DNA of 64,000 nt from an uncultured Chloroflexia bacterium (GCA_963816905.1 CAWFMQ010000009.1:20142-84141), one strand, 5' to 3'. Numbered from the stretch's first letter, positions 19,472 through 30,270 are shown. Numbers and translations: made by a program. The notes: generated by a model from the letters alone, not told the origin.

Positions 19472-20800
19472 CTATTCCACGGGTTCCTGCGGCCGCCAGC
19501 CGGGCGGCCGCTCGGCGGCAGGCTGCGCCGCAGATGGCCCACCGGCAGGAGGCCTCCCGGCGACAACCGGGCGCCCGGATGGTCCCCTCATGTCCGCCTC
19601 TCCCTCGTCGACCTTCGGCGCCCCGGGGATCAACCCCGCCGGCACCTCACCGTCCGGGAGCTCGTCCTCGCCAAGCGCGGAAAGCCAGGCGCGCAGACTG
19701 CCCCGCCAGAGTGCTCGCGCGTGGAACGAGCCACGCTCCGTGATCCCGTCCATGCCCCCGGACATCACCAGTGTCTCGAGCAGCGGCGCCAGCTGGGAAC
19801 CGTAGACGTGCATGCAGGGTTCCGGGCGGACTCCCGGCCACGAGTAGCAGGACACCACCGTCCGGCGACAATCGGTCGGAATTCCCGGCGGAAGGGCATC
19901 CCAGGCCGGGTCGTCGGGCGCGAACTCCCACTGGTTCAGGTCGCCCTGCGGGATCCCCTCGATTCCCCGCACGACCGTGGGCTGCGCGTCGAGGAGGTAC
20001 GGGTCGACGACCAGATCGCACAGCACCGCGTGCTTCGGCATCAGGCCGATCCACTCGTTGCGTACGACCGGGATCGACGCATCGTGGCGCTGCGTCGCGT
20101 CGACGAGGACGTCCGTGATCGCGAGCCGCTCCCGGAGGTAGGTGGTGTCCTGGGTCAGGTTCCGTCCCGTGGTGACGACCTCCACGCCCGGCAGCCCGAA
20201 TCGCATGAATGCCTCGTTCCTGGCGTCGTCGCCGTACTTCGTGGCAAATTCGACGGCGTGCTTCCCGATCGTCCCGGCACCCATGATCGTGACCCGGACT
20301 GGCGGCCGGCCCGATTCGACAAGGGCGGGCCAGGTTCGTTCGAGGGCCGCGAATGCGGCTCCGACGCCATTCCAGGCCACGCTTCGGAGGTTTTCGACGA
20401 GCCGACGCCCATCGTCGTTCGCGATCAGGTCCATGCAGATCGCGTCGATGCCGAGGTCGCGCAGGAGCGCGACACGCGCCGGCCGGGTCGCGAAATGGAG
20501 CATCGAGACGAGCACGGTGCCCCGCCGAAGTTTCTCGTACCGGCCCTCCGGCGCCCGAAGCACCACGACCACGTCCTGGTGGTAGGCGTCGTCCTCGTCG
20601 CTGATGTGGACGTCGGGCGACAGCGCCGTGTAGTCGAGGTCGGAATACCCCATTCCCGACCCGATGCCCTGCTCGACATGGACCTCGGCGCCGAGCGCGG
20701 TCAGCAGCCCGATGAGCGGCGGCAGGAAGTCGCGTCGCTCGTTGCCCTCCTTGTGCATCCGCGGGAAGCCGATCGTCAGGGGGCGCGCGGTGGCTGCCAT
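19472..20800 (-). CDS. Alanine dehydrogenase/PNT-superfamily NAD(P)-dependent enzyme (AlaDH/saccharopine dehydrogenase/CEO-synthase-like)
   Basis: IGFPRMHKEGNERR, VEQGIGSGMGYSD.DY, GAGTIG, DLVVD. GGAGGAG RBS before ATG 20800. Confidence 0.75.
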   Translation of the reverse strand: MAATARPLTIGFPRMHKEGNERRDFLPPLIGLLTALGAEVHVEQGIGSGMGYSDLDYTALSPDVHISDEDDAYHQDVVVVLRAPEGRYEKLRRGTVLVSMLHFATRPARVALLRDLGIDAICMDLIANDDGRRLVENLRSVAWNGVGAAFAALERTWPALVESGRPPVRVTIMGAGTIGKHAVEFATKYGDDARNEAFMRFGLPGVEVVTTGRNLTQDTTYLRERLAITDVLVDATQRHDASIPVVRNEWIGLMPKHAVLCDLVVDPYLLDAQPTVVRGIEGIPQGDLNQWEFAPDDPAWDALPPGIPTDCRRTVVSCYSWPGVRPEPCMHVYGSQLAPLLETLVMSGGMDGITERGSFHARALWRGSLRAWLSALGEDELPDGEVPAGLIPGAPKVDEGEADMRGPSGRPVVAGRPPAGGPSAAQPAAERPPGWRPQEPVE

Positions 20801-21044
20801 GTACTCTCCTCCCCCACCGAATCGCGCCCGGACCGGACCGGCGCGCCGGCGTGGCACGATTCACCGGATGGTGCCCGACCCGTCAGGGGCTTTCATGTGC
20901 CATGCGTCACGAGCGCCCGGGTCGCTGCGCCCGATCGCCGGACCGTTCTGCGCCGGTCGCCGCGGCCGACTGGATCTCGGCCGCGCCGGGAGCGACAATG
21001 TGGGAGCAGCGCCAGCGCCCCAGCTCGCTCAAAGGAGGTCGACT

Positions 21045-21287
21045 GTGATCGCCATGGGCACGCAGAACCGTTCCCGGGCCACGGCCGATCTCGGCCGGGG
21101 TGAAGCGACCTGCGCCACCGCCGTCGCGGATGCCATTGGGACCCGCACCGGGGGGCGGTTGGACCCTAGTCCTCCCGGGGAACCTGCCCGCATGCTCCGG
21201 TGGGAGATGGCTTCCCTCAGTCGCCGCGAGGTGTCGAACGTGCACTCCAGTTCGCCAGTGAATGCTCACCGCGAGGTGGCGCGATGA
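21045..21287 (+). CDS. Hypothetical 80-aa ORF coupled to glpA-like gene
   Basis: AAAGGAGG RBS before GTG 21045. Stop overlaps ATG 21284. No recognisable motif. Confidence 0.35.
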   Translation: MIAMGTQNRSRATADLGRGEATCATAVADAIGTRTGGRLDPSPPGEPARMLRWEMASLSRREVSNVHSSSPVNAHREVAR

Positions 21288-22487
21288 CGGCCTCGGGCAA
21301 CGGGCGATCCGGACGGGGCGGCGCCCCGCGAACGGCCATCGTCATCGGCTCAGGCTCGACCGGTGCGGCAACCGCGCATGACCTGGCGCTGCGCGGCTTT
21401 GCCGTGACGGTTGTCGAGCGCGGCGAGGTCGCCTGCTCGACCACCGGACGCAACCACGGTCTGCTCCATTCCGGTGGCCGGTACGCCGTCAAGGACGCCG
21501 AGGCCGGCGAGGAATGCATCGTCGAGCGGGATATCCTGGCGCGCATCGTGCCGGAGGTCCTCGAGTTGAACGGCGGCCTGTTCGTCGCCGTGGACGAGTC
21601 GGATCTCGCGTACAAGGACACGTTCCTCCAGGCCTGCGCCCAGTGCCACATCCCTACCCGGGACCTGACGGTCGCCGAGGCGCGAGAGCTGGAGCCGGCA
21701 CTCAGCCCGAAGACGCTCGCCGCGGTCGAGGTTCCCGACGGCAGCTTCGACCCACTCCACCTCGTCCTCGCGTTCCTCGCCACCGCGCGCGCGAACGGGG
21801 CGCGGATCCTCCCGTACACGGAGGTGGACGAACTGGTGGTGCGCGGCAGGACGGTGGAGGGCGCCGTCGTGCGGGACCGGCGCAACGGCAACCGGATGAC
21901 GATCGAGGCGGACATCGTGGTCAACGCCACCGGTCCGTGGGCCGGGCGCATCGCGGCGATGGCAGGGGTCGACGTTCCGATCGTGCCGACGGCCGGCGTC
22001 ATGGTCGCGATCGCCGGTCGAATCTCGGACCGCGTCGTGAACCGCCTGAACAAGTCGAGCGACGGCGACATCATCGTCCCGCAGCGGCGCACCGTGGTGA
22101 TCGGCACGTCCTCGTGGCCCGTGGACGACCCGGACCACATCGCGATCCCCGCCGATCACGTCGCGCTCATGCTCGAACGCGGCGCCGAGCTGATGCCGTC
22201 GGTTGCCAACTTCCCCGTCCGGGGGATCAGCGCGGCGGCCCGGCCGCTCATCGGCTCCAGCGCGGATCCGAGCCTGGGGCGCGAGCTGTCCCGCACGTTC
22301 GAGTGCTTCGACCACGCGAGAGGACGGGGTCGAGGGGTTCGTGACGATCAGCGGCGGCAAGACGACGACGATGCGCGGAATGGCGGAGAAGGTGAGCGAC
22401 GTGGTGTGCGAGAAGCTCGGGGTGTCGGCGGCCTGCCGGACCAGGGAGGTCCCGCTCCGTTCGTACCGGGACTACTACGGTGGCTGA
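21284..22487 (+). CDS. glpA: Glycerol-3-phosphate dehydrogenase GlpA-like flavoprotein (short form), frameshift near 22320
   Basis: [57 protein letters not shown]. Confidence 0.8.
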
Positions 22488-23256
22488 CGGCCGTGTCGTA
22501 CTCCGCGTCTGGCGCACCCCTCGACCGGGTCGCGATCGCGCAGGCCTCCAGGACATCGAGGTCCGGGTCGATTCCGAGCGGGACAACGTCCTCGACCTGA
22601 TCGAACGCGCCTGGGCCGAGGGAGACCGGACGCTCGTCTTCCGGCACGCCTGCCACCACGCCTCCTGCGGCACGTGCGCCGTGCGGGTCGACGGTCGCGA
22701 GCACCTGCCGTGCATCACGGCGGTGCGCGACGTCTGGGACGGACACTCGCCGATGACGATCGAGCCGCTGCGCAACGTCGCGCTGGTGGCCGACCTGGCC
22801 ATCGATCCGACGGCGGTCCTCGCAACGATCGGAGCGATCCGCCTTCCCTACATCCGCACCGTTGAGACGATCGTCCGGGCGGCCTCGGGTGTGGCCGACG
22901 ACGCGGACGTCGGCACGGCCGAGCGCTTCGAGGACTGCCTGGAATGCCTCGCCTGCGTCTCGGCCTGCCCGGTCGCCGCGGGTGATCCCGAGTACCTCGG
23001 GCCGGCGGTGCTCGCGGCCGCCGACCGGGTCGCCGAGGAGCCGCGCGGCCAGGATCCGCGACGCGTCCTCGACATGGTGAATACGGCGCACGGTGTGTGG
23101 CAGTGCCGCTCCGTCTGGGCCTGCAGTGCCGTGTGCCCGTCCAACGTGGACCCGGCGGCGCGCATCATGGACCTGCGTCGCCGCCTCATCGGCGGCGAGG
23201 CCAGGGGTTCGCAGGCAGCCGCTCCACTGGTCCAGGGTGAGGCAGGACGGCGATGA
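22480..23256 (+). CDS. sdhB: Succinate dehydrogenase/fumarate reductase-type iron-sulfur subunit
   Basis: [42 protein letters not shown]. Confidence 0.85.
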   Translation: MADGRVVLRVWRTPRPGRDRAGLQDIEVRVDSERDNVLDLIERAWAEGDRTLVFRHACHHASCGTCAVRVDGREHLPCITAVRDVWDGHSPMTIEPLRNVALVADLAIDPTAVLATIGAIRLPYIRTVETIVRAASGVADDADVGTAERFEDCLECLACVSACPVAAGDPEYLGPAVLAAADRVAEEPRGQDPRRVLDMVNTAHGVWQCRSVWACSAVCPSNVDPAARIMDLRRRLIGGEARGSQAAAPLVQGEAGRR

Positions 23257-23681
23257 GTGAACGCAGAGTGGCGCCCGTCCAGGTTCCCACGCCCGGGCCG
23301 GCCATTCGCCCGGGGGGCATCCGGCGCCTGACATTCTGGTTGGAACCGCGGTGGTCCGACCCCGGCTGGTGGGCCTTCGCGCTGAACCGGTTCACGGGGA
23401 TCGTCCTCGTCGTCTATCTCATCATCCACCTGTTCCTGCTGAGCAATCTTGCCAACGGGCCGGCCGGCTGGGACGCGCTGCTCGGAACGCTCGGATCGAA
23501 ACCGTTCCTCGTGGGTGACACGCTGCTGATCGCGGCCGTCGCGTACCACGGGCTGAACGGCATCCGCGTGTCGCTCCTGACGTTCGGGATCGGCACACAG
23601 CGCAGCGGTGCGATGTTCGGCGTAGTGTTCGTCGCGGCTGCGTTGATCACCGCGGCAGCCGGACTGGCGATCCTCAAGTGA
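23253..23681 (+). CDS. sdhC: SdhC-like cytochrome b membrane anchor
   Basis: LNRFTG..YLIIH, YHGLNGIR, 3 TM. Confidence 0.85.
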   Translation: MSERRVAPVQVPTPGPAIRPGGIRRLTFWLEPRWSDPGWWAFALNRFTGIVLVVYLIIHLFLLSNLANGPAGWDALLGTLGSKPFLVGDTLLIAAVAYHGLNGIRVSLLTFGIGTQRSGAMFGVVFVAAALITAAAGLAILK

Positions 23682-24130
23682 CCGACCAGACTCGCTCCGA
23701 ACGCCGGTTCCTCGGACGCCCGGAAGGCGCCCGACCCGGGTACGTGCCGCCTGCCGACGAACGTCGCCGGCCGGTCGTCCCCGAGCGCAGCCGAGGCAGC
23801 TCCCTGTGGCTCACCCAGGCGATCACCGGCGGGCTGCTGGTCGTCTTCCTGGGCGTGCACCTGATCGCGCAGCACATCCTGGCGCCGGGTGGCCTTCGGG
23901 ACTTCGCAGACGTCCAGAGCTTTCTGAAGCAGCCGCTCGCGCTGGTCAGCGAGCTCGGCCTCGTGGGTGCGGTGCTCATCCATGTCGTGCTGGGGGTTCG
24001 CGCCTTCCTCGTGGAGGCGGTCAAGAACCAGAAGATGCAGGCGTGGCTGACGTGGATCGTGGCCGGGCTTGCCGTGGTGGCATTCGTCTACGCGATCTGG
24101 CTCACGGCGACGATCATCAACTACAGCTGA
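23678..24130 (+). CDS. sdhD: SdhD-like membrane anchor
   Basis: WLTQAITG..L.VH, H..LGVRAFLVE, 3 TM. Confidence 0.8.
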   Translation: MTDQTRSERRFLGRPEGARPGYVPPADERRRPVVPERSRGSSLWLTQAITGGLLVVFLGVHLIAQHILAPGGLRDFADVQSFLKQPLALVSELGLVGAVLIHVVLGVRAFLVEAVKNQKMQAWLTWIVAGLAVVAFVYAIWLTATIINYS

Positions 24131-24347
24131 TCCGCAGCTGATCCGCGCGCCGCACTCGAGGGGCCGCGCGCCGCATCCGGGGGGCCGCGCGCCGCATCGG
24201 GCGGGCTTTGGTGGCGGCCGCGAGCGACGATCGCCCGGACGGCGGACGACACGGCCCCGGGGTCTGTACGCACCTCCATGCCGGGCATACAATCCGCGCC
24301 CGCGGGCCCGTCAGGCTCGCGGAAGGCGGGGCAGGCGGGTAGTCATC

Positions 24348-24536
24348 ATGTCGCGGCGTGCTGTCGAAGATGCACTGAGGGCCTGGCGGGAGGCCGAGCG
24401 GGCGCTCGAGGAGGTCCAGGCGTCCGATTCCCCAGCCGCGACCGTGACCGCTGCCGAGCAGCGGGTGGCGGATGCTCGCGAGCGCTACCAGCAGGCGATC
24501 GCCGACGCAGAGGAGCGGCTGCGCCCCGACCAGTAG
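24348..24536 (+). CDS. Small helical-hairpin (coiled-coil) protein, 62 aa
   Basis: MSRRAVEDALRAWREAERALEE..ARERYQQAIADAEERLRPDQ. Confidence 0.55.
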   Translation: MSRRAVEDALRAWREAERALEEVQASDSPAATVTAAEQRVADARERYQQAIADAEERLRPDQ

Positions 24537-24645
24537 CACCTCGCGGCCGGGGCGCGCCTGTCGCCTGCATCCCGTCGTCAGAGTCGCGGCCGCCGGCGGC
24601 TCCAGGCCGACGACGAACGCGTGCAGGCCGGTCCCGCGCCGGGGG

Positions 24646-25206
24646 TCAGGGGTACTGGCCGCCGCAGCTGCCGTTGGGACCGCGGGTGCTCGCGAGGGTG
24701 CCGGACTTCCAGCGGTAGTAGTCGACGCGGTGCGTCTGCCTGCCCTCGACCACGCCGTTCCGGTACCACAGCATGGCCACGTACACACGGAACTTGCCCG
24801 CCATCGCCGTGTAGCCGGAGGTCAGGGAGGTCGCGGTGAACGCCGCCGGCGTGTCGTCCCAGGCTGTCGCGGTGTGGATCGTCCCCAGCTCGTACACATC
24901 CCAGTACCCGTTCACGTCCCAGTAGTCGATCCGGTACCGCCAGCCGACCTTCTGGTGGTCTCGTGATCCCGTCGTGTTTCGCGCGTAGACCACGGGCGGC
25001 TTGATCTTGATCTCGCCGAGCAGGTGGGACGGCCCGACGTACACGCAGGTCGCGCCAGGGGCCGCGTGGGTGTCGCGCAGCCGGTGCGACCCGGTGAGTC
25101 CCGAGTGTGAAATCTGCGTGTCGGCACTCACGGGCCCGCCGGCCACCAGCGCGGTCAGAGCCAACAGGAACACGAGTACGACTCGAATGCCACCTGGTCG
25201 ATGCAT
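24646..25206 (-). CDS. Secreted hypothetical protein
   Basis: Signal peptide VVLVFLLALTALVAGGPVSA. Aromatic-rich beta domain with 2 Cys. Confidence 0.7.
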   Translation of the reverse strand: MHRPGGIRVVLVFLLALTALVAGGPVSADTQISHSGLTGSHRLRDTHAAPGATCVYVGPSHLLGEIKIKPPVVYARNTTGSRDHQKVGWRYRIDYWDVNGYWDVYELGTIHTATAWDDTPAAFTATSLTSGYTAMAGKFRVYVAMLWYRNGVVEGRQTHRVDYYRWKSGTLASTRGPNGSCGGQYP

Positions 25207-25602
25207 CACCGCTGCCCTCCCTTTGCGGGCGTCACCATGGGCCCCCCGGTACGCTGCCCGCTCAAGACGAGGGTGCGCGCTGAGCCCCGGGACGGCAAGT
25301 GCCGGACGGCCCGTCACAGGGCCGGCGACAGCGCAGCTCTCGGCCACGCGCCCGCAGATCACCTGCCTGCGACGCAGCGCCTCAGCGACCCAGACACGTC
25401 TCGGCCGGAGAGTCCCCGGCGCCGGCGATCCGCGGAAACGTCGCGCGTCCGCCGGCCGCAGCCGACGCCTCATGGGCGTCGATCACGGGGGACGGCCGGC
25501 AGCCCGTGGAGCATGGCGTCAGGACACTGCTGGAGTGGTCTGGAACGGTCAGGACTATAGAGTCAGTGTGGACCCCCGGCCGGGTGCCGATACTCCGTCC
25601 CG

Positions 25603-26595
25603 ATGAGCAGCCCGCCCGTCTCGGAGCCACAGGTAGGCGCGCACAGGGCCATGGACCGACTGCGAGAGGATCTCCGGACCCTCGGTGCCCGCCTGACATC
25701 AATCGGCGACGGCCGCCCCCGGCCCGGTCACGGCACGGACGCCGTGAGATCGGGCTGGAGACTCGGGCTGTGGCACGGCTCGATCCTCTCGGGTCTGCTT
25801 GTCCTGGCCTACACCTTCCTGGTCGTCGCGCCTCGCGAGGGCATCTTCGGGATGGACGCCTGGGCCTACTGGAGCGTGCACCGACCGGATGTCTACGCCG
25901 TCCCGTTGTCCCATCTGGGCGCCTTCCCCTACTCGCCACCGGCGGCAATGGTGGCGGACCTGTTCGACATCGTGCCGTGGAACACCTTCATCTGCCTGTG
26001 GACCGCGCTGCTCGTGGCGACAGTCATTTTCATCGGCGGCCGCGGCGCCTGGGTGCTCGCCGCCTTCGCCTTCCCGACCCGTCGCCTTCGAGCTCCTCTA
26101 CGGCAACATCCACATCGTGCTGGCCGTCGCCGTGGTGCTGGGGTTCCGCCATCCCTGGACGTGGTCCTTCGTTCTGCTGACCAAGTTCACCTGCGGCATC
26201 GGGCTCCTCTGGTTCCTCGTCCGCCGCGAGTGGCGAAACCTGGCGCTGGCCCTCGTGCCGACTGCCGTGATCTGTGCCGTGACGGTTCTGCTGGCTCCCT
26301 CGCTGTGGGCCGATTGGCTGGCGTTCCTCGGGGCCTCGCCCAGGTCTTCGACGAGGCTGGTTCTCTGCCGATCCCGCTGTGGCCGCGCCTCATCGCGGCC
26401 GCTGCGCTGGTCGTCTGGGGTGCCAGGACCGATCGCCGCTGGACGGTGGTCGCGGCCGCGACCGTGGCACTGCCCGTCCTGTGGATCGCCGGCCTGGCGA
26501 TGCTCATCGGCATCATTCCCGAGGTGCGCGGCCGCTCACTGGCACGGACGGCGCGCCCATCGACGGCGGTAGCGGCGGCGCGGGCCGGAGCGTAG
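25603..26595 (+). CDS. GT87 (GT-C) membrane glycosyltransferase-like, frameshifted
   Basis: MDAWAYW, FPYSPPAA, ELLYGNIH, LLTKF, multi-TM. Confidence 0.75.
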   Translation: MSSPPVSEPQVGAHRAMDRLREDLRTLGARLTSIGDGRPRPGHGTDAVRSGWRLGLWHGSILSGLLVLAYTFLVVAPREGIFGMDAWAYWSVHRPDVYAVPLSHLGAFPYSPPAAMVADLFDIVPWNTFICLWTALLVATVIFIGGRGAWVLAAFAFPTRRLRAPLRQHPHRAGRRRGAGVPPSLDVVLRSADQVHLRHRAPLVPRPPRVAKPGAGPRADCRDLCRDGSAGSLAVGRLAGVPRGLAQVFDEAGSLPIPLWPRLIAAAALVVWGARTDRRWTVVAAATVALPVLWIAGLAMLIGIIPEVRGRSLARTARPSTAVAAARAGA

Positions 26596-26674
26596 CGGTC
26601 GCCGGGTCCCGCCCGTCGCGGGGCAGAGGGCCGTCAGGTCACGTGGCGCAGCGCCCCGACGGCGCCCGTCGCCG

Positions 26675-26887
26675 TCAATCGTGGAGCCTGATCACCACCG
26701 ACTTCGACTCCGTGAAGAACTCCTCGCTCCACTTGCCGCCCTCGCGCCCCGTCCCGCTTTCGCGGAACCCGTCGAATGGCACGCGCAGGTGGCGGATGAA
26801 GAAGCAGTTCACCCACATCGTGCCGGTCCGGACGCCCGCCGCGACTCGGCGCGCGGTGTTCAGGTTCCCCGTCCAGACCAGCGCCGC
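26675..26887 (-). pseudogene. C-terminal fragment of an aldehyde dehydrogenase
   Basis: Hand translation AALVWTGNLNTARRVAAGVRTGTMWVNCFFIRHLRVPFDGFRESGTGREGGKWSEEFFTESKSVVIRLHD*. No upstream ALDH sequence. Confidence 0.85.
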
Positions 26888-27267
26888 CCGGGTGATTCGT
26901 GAACCCTGAACGCCGGGCGTTCAAACCGACAACCGAGACCCCCGCGTTCCGCTCGCGGGCTGTCCGAAACCGGCCGGGGGGTCATCCTGAAGGGCGATTC
27001 GGCGGGTTGGCACCTCGGATGGAACGCCGGGCGTGCAGAACCACCAGCGTGGCCCGGATTCGTCCCTTCGCCGACTGCCCGACGGCCGCCCGGCCATCTG
27101 CACGGTCGTCTCGGCCGGCCGGCGGGTCCGTTTGAACGCCACGCGTTCAATCACCACGCAGCATGCCGATCGAGTGACCCGGCTCGACGCTACCGCTGTG
27201 GTGTGCGGCCGACCGCGTCAAGCTCCGGCGGATTTCGGCGACGCGTGGAATCGGGCGCGTCGGCGGT

Positions 27268-28737
27268 TCACGCTCGCTCGTATCCGGCGTCGTGACTCGA
27301 AATCGCGCGGGCGGCGGCCAGGAGACGCATGTCCGCCCAGCGACGACCGACGATCTGCAGCCCGATCGGTAGACCGTCCGGCCCGCGGCCCGCCGGGATG
27401 ACGACCACCGGGCTGCCGGTCAGGTTGAACGGGCTGGTGAACGCCTCGAGCGCGAGCACAAGAGGGACGCGCATACCGTCCACGTCGAGAGTCGACCGCA
27501 ACTGCGCGAGCACGCCACCCCCGGGTAGGTGCGGAAATGCAGCCGTCGGCGCGACCGGGACGAGCCATGCGTCGCGCGTCGCAAGGAACTCCTCGAGTTG
27601 CCGGATCGCGTGATCTCGCAGCGACATCGCCCGGGCAAAGGAACCGAGCGAACCGCCCATGCCGCGGAAGAAACCGGCGGCCGCCCGGTCCGATGTCGCG
27701 ACCATCCGCGCGGCGCCACGAAGCACGAATCGCGGCAGATGCAGCGGGGTTGCGCTGAACCTCGTCATCGTCGTTTCGATCTCGCTGCTCAGCGCTGCCA
27801 GTTGGACCGGGTCGAAGCCCTCCGGCGCGGCGCGCTCCGTGGACGCACCGCCGGCGTGGAGGAGTGCGACCGTTTCGGCGAGGACACGGCGAGTCTCCGA
27901 CGAGATCGGCACGCCGAAGTCGTCCCACCAGGCAACGCGCAGGGAGCCGATCGGCGGCGGCGCCTCAGGCACCACCCGGATCGGTGGAACGTCCGGCCGC
28001 GCCGGATCGGGTCCAGAGATGAGCTCCAGTGCGAGCGACAGGTCCTCTACCGAGCGCGCCAGGGGGCCGACGCTCAGCAGGGCTCGCAGCAGGCCCCACG
28101 GCGAACCGGGGGGCGGCGGTATGTGCCCGATCGGCGAGACCAGGTTGTCGGTCGGTTTGAGACCGAAGACGCCGCAGAAATGGGCCGGCGCGCGGATGGA
28201 CCCGCCGATATCGCTGCCGATGTCGAGCGGCGAAAAGCCGACCGTGACCGCGGCCGCCGATCCGCCGCTGGATCCGCCGGTGGTCCGTGTGGGATCCCAC
28301 GGGTTGTTCGTCAAGCCGAAGAGCGCGTTCCGGGTCTCGGCGCCGGTCGCGAACTCCGGCGTGTTGGTCTTGCCGAGGACGATCGCTCCTGCTGTACGAA
28401 GCCTGCCCACGGCCGTTGCGTCGCCCGTCGGAATGTAACCGGCGAGCCTCCGTGACCCGCTCGTCGTCCGCAGGCCGGCAGTCTCGAAGGTGTCCTTGAC
28501 CGTGATCGGCACCCCGTGGAGACGACCCAACGGCTCACCCCGCGCCACGGCGGCATCGGCCCGGTCGGCGGCGGCACGCGCGCCGCCCGCATCGAGCGTC
28601 ACGATGGCATTGAGCTCGGAATTGGAGGCCGCGATTCGGCGCAGGTGTGCCTCGACGACGTCGCGCGACGATGTCTCCCCCGCTGCGATTGCAGCCGCCA
28701 GCTGCCCCGCGCCGGGCCCTGGCTCGATGCGCTTCAT
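27268..28737 (-). CDS. Amidase signature family protein
   Basis: GVPITVKD, GKTNTPE, GGSSGGS, GSDIGGSIR.PAHFCG. Confidence 0.95.
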   Translation of the reverse strand: MKRIEPGPGAGQLAAAIAAGETSSRDVVEAHLRRIAASNSELNAIVTLDAGGARAAADRADAAVARGEPLGRLHGVPITVKDTFETAGLRTTSGSRRLAGYIPTGDATAVGRLRTAGAIVLGKTNTPEFATGAETRNALFGLTNNPWDPTRTTGGSSGGSAAAVTVGFSPLDIGSDIGGSIRAPAHFCGVFGLKPTDNLVSPIGHIPPPPGSPWGLLRALLSVGPLARSVEDLSLALELISGPDPARPDVPPIRVVPEAPPPIGSLRVAWWDDFGVPISSETRRVLAETVALLHAGGASTERAAPEGFDPVQLAALSSEIETTMTRFSATPLHLPRFVLRGAARMVATSDRAAAGFFRGMGGSLGSFARAMSLRDHAIRQLEEFLATRDAWLVPVAPTAAFPHLPGGGVLAQLRSTLDVDGMRVPLVLALEAFTSPFNLTGSPVVVIPAGRGPDGLPIGLQIVGRRWADMRLLAAARAISSHDAGYERA

Positions 28738-29119
28738 TGACAACCCCCTCGCAATCCGAGGTGCCGACGCGGGCCGACGCGAGTTCGCCGGCAGGAGCCG
28801 CGGTGGACGCCGCGCGGACTGTGGCGCCTCCGCGCAGCCATCGTGGAGTGCGAAACGACGTGCCCGGACGGGGCCGCTCGTCACGTCATATGTCAGCCGA
28901 AATCCACTGAAGCCTGAGGCAGACGCGGGAGCAGCACGCTCGTTCGATGGGATCTGGGCTCGAGGGCACGAAGCCGGCATCCGGCCCGACTCGTCTCATC
29001 GCGAGTCACGCCGCAACCGTGTCCATCGGCCCTTGCGCGCCGCCACGGACCTCCGGATCATCGCGCGCAACGCTCCATCAGCGAGCAACTGCAGCCATCC
29101 GTGAGGGAGGAAGAGCGTA

Positions 29120-30270
29120 ATGACCGTGACTGGCGCTGCCGGCAGCAAGGTGGCGGACCTGGCAGGTCCCGGAATCGGCGACTACGACCAACTGGCGAAG
29201 GTCCTGCCCGACCGACTACCACTCGCTGCTGACCCCGAAGGAGACGCAGCAGGCAATCTACGCCGTCAAGGACTACATCGAGGAGGGCCTCTGCCGGGAA
29301 CTGAACCTGATCATGGTCCAGGTCCCGCTGATCGTCGATGTCGAGTCGGGCGTCAACGACATGCTCGATCGGGATGGATCCCGAACGCCCATCCAGTTCC
29401 ACATCTCGAACGACTACGACAAGCACCCGATCGACGCGCAGGTCGTGCAGGCGGCAACCAAGTGGAAGCGGGGAGCGCTCAGGCAGTTCGGCATGGAGGT
29501 CGGCGAGGGCCTGTGCACGGACATGCGAGCGGTGCGCAAGGACTACTTCCTCGACCACGACCACAGCTGCTACGTCGACCAGTGGGACTGGGAGCGGGTC
29601 ATCACGGCGGAGGAGCGCAACCTCGACTTCCTGAAGGACGTCGTCCGGAAGATCTGGAAGGTCCTCAAGGGCGCCGAGATGCACGCCCAGGAGTTGTTCC
29701 CGCAACTGCGCACGGACAAGTAGGCCGACCTGCCCGAAGAGATCGACGTTCTTCCATGCCGAGGACATCCTCGCGATGTACCCGGACCTGCCGCGCAAGC
29801 AGCGCGAGACGCAGATCCTCCAGGAGCACCCGGCGATCTTCATCATCGGGATCGGCTGGACGCTCGCGGACGGCTACCCGCACGAGATGCGCGCCGCGGA
29901 TTACGACGACTGGGTCACGCCCACGGTCTCCGAGGACGGGCGCCCGATGCACGGCCTGAACGGCGACATCCTGGTCTGGAACCCGGTGACGAAGCGCCGC
30001 CACGAGCTCACCTCGATGGGGATCCGGGTGAACCCGGAGACCCTGCGGCAGCAGCTCGAGATGACGCACCAACTCGACTGGCTCTCGCTGCCGTATCACG
30101 CCGGGATCGCCAGCGGCGAGCTGCCGCTCTCCATCGGCGGCGGGATCGGGCAGGCGCGCACGCAGATGCTGCTGCTCAAGAAGGCGCATCTCGGTGAGGT
30201 CAGCGTCACGGTCTGGCCGAAGATCCTGAAGGACCTCTGCGCCGAACGGGACATCCACGTCATCGAGTGA
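29120..30270 (+). CDS. asnA: Aspartate-ammonia ligase, with frameshifts and an in-frame TAG at 29721-29723
   Basis: QVVQAATKWKR, GEGLCTDMRAVR, HSCYVDQWDWE, RAADYDDW, LNGDI, ELTSMGIRV, SIGGGIGQAR, HLGEV. Confidence 0.9.

Noticed and set aside
28740-29119. T-box or other leader RNA upstream of asnA
   Set aside because: No T-box consensus or U-tract terminator is recognisable.
29721-29723. In-frame TAG in asnA as pyrrolysine or readthrough
   Set aside because: It sits in a cluster of apparent errors (likely TAC for Tyr, with an indel about 20 nt later). No pyl genes are in the window.
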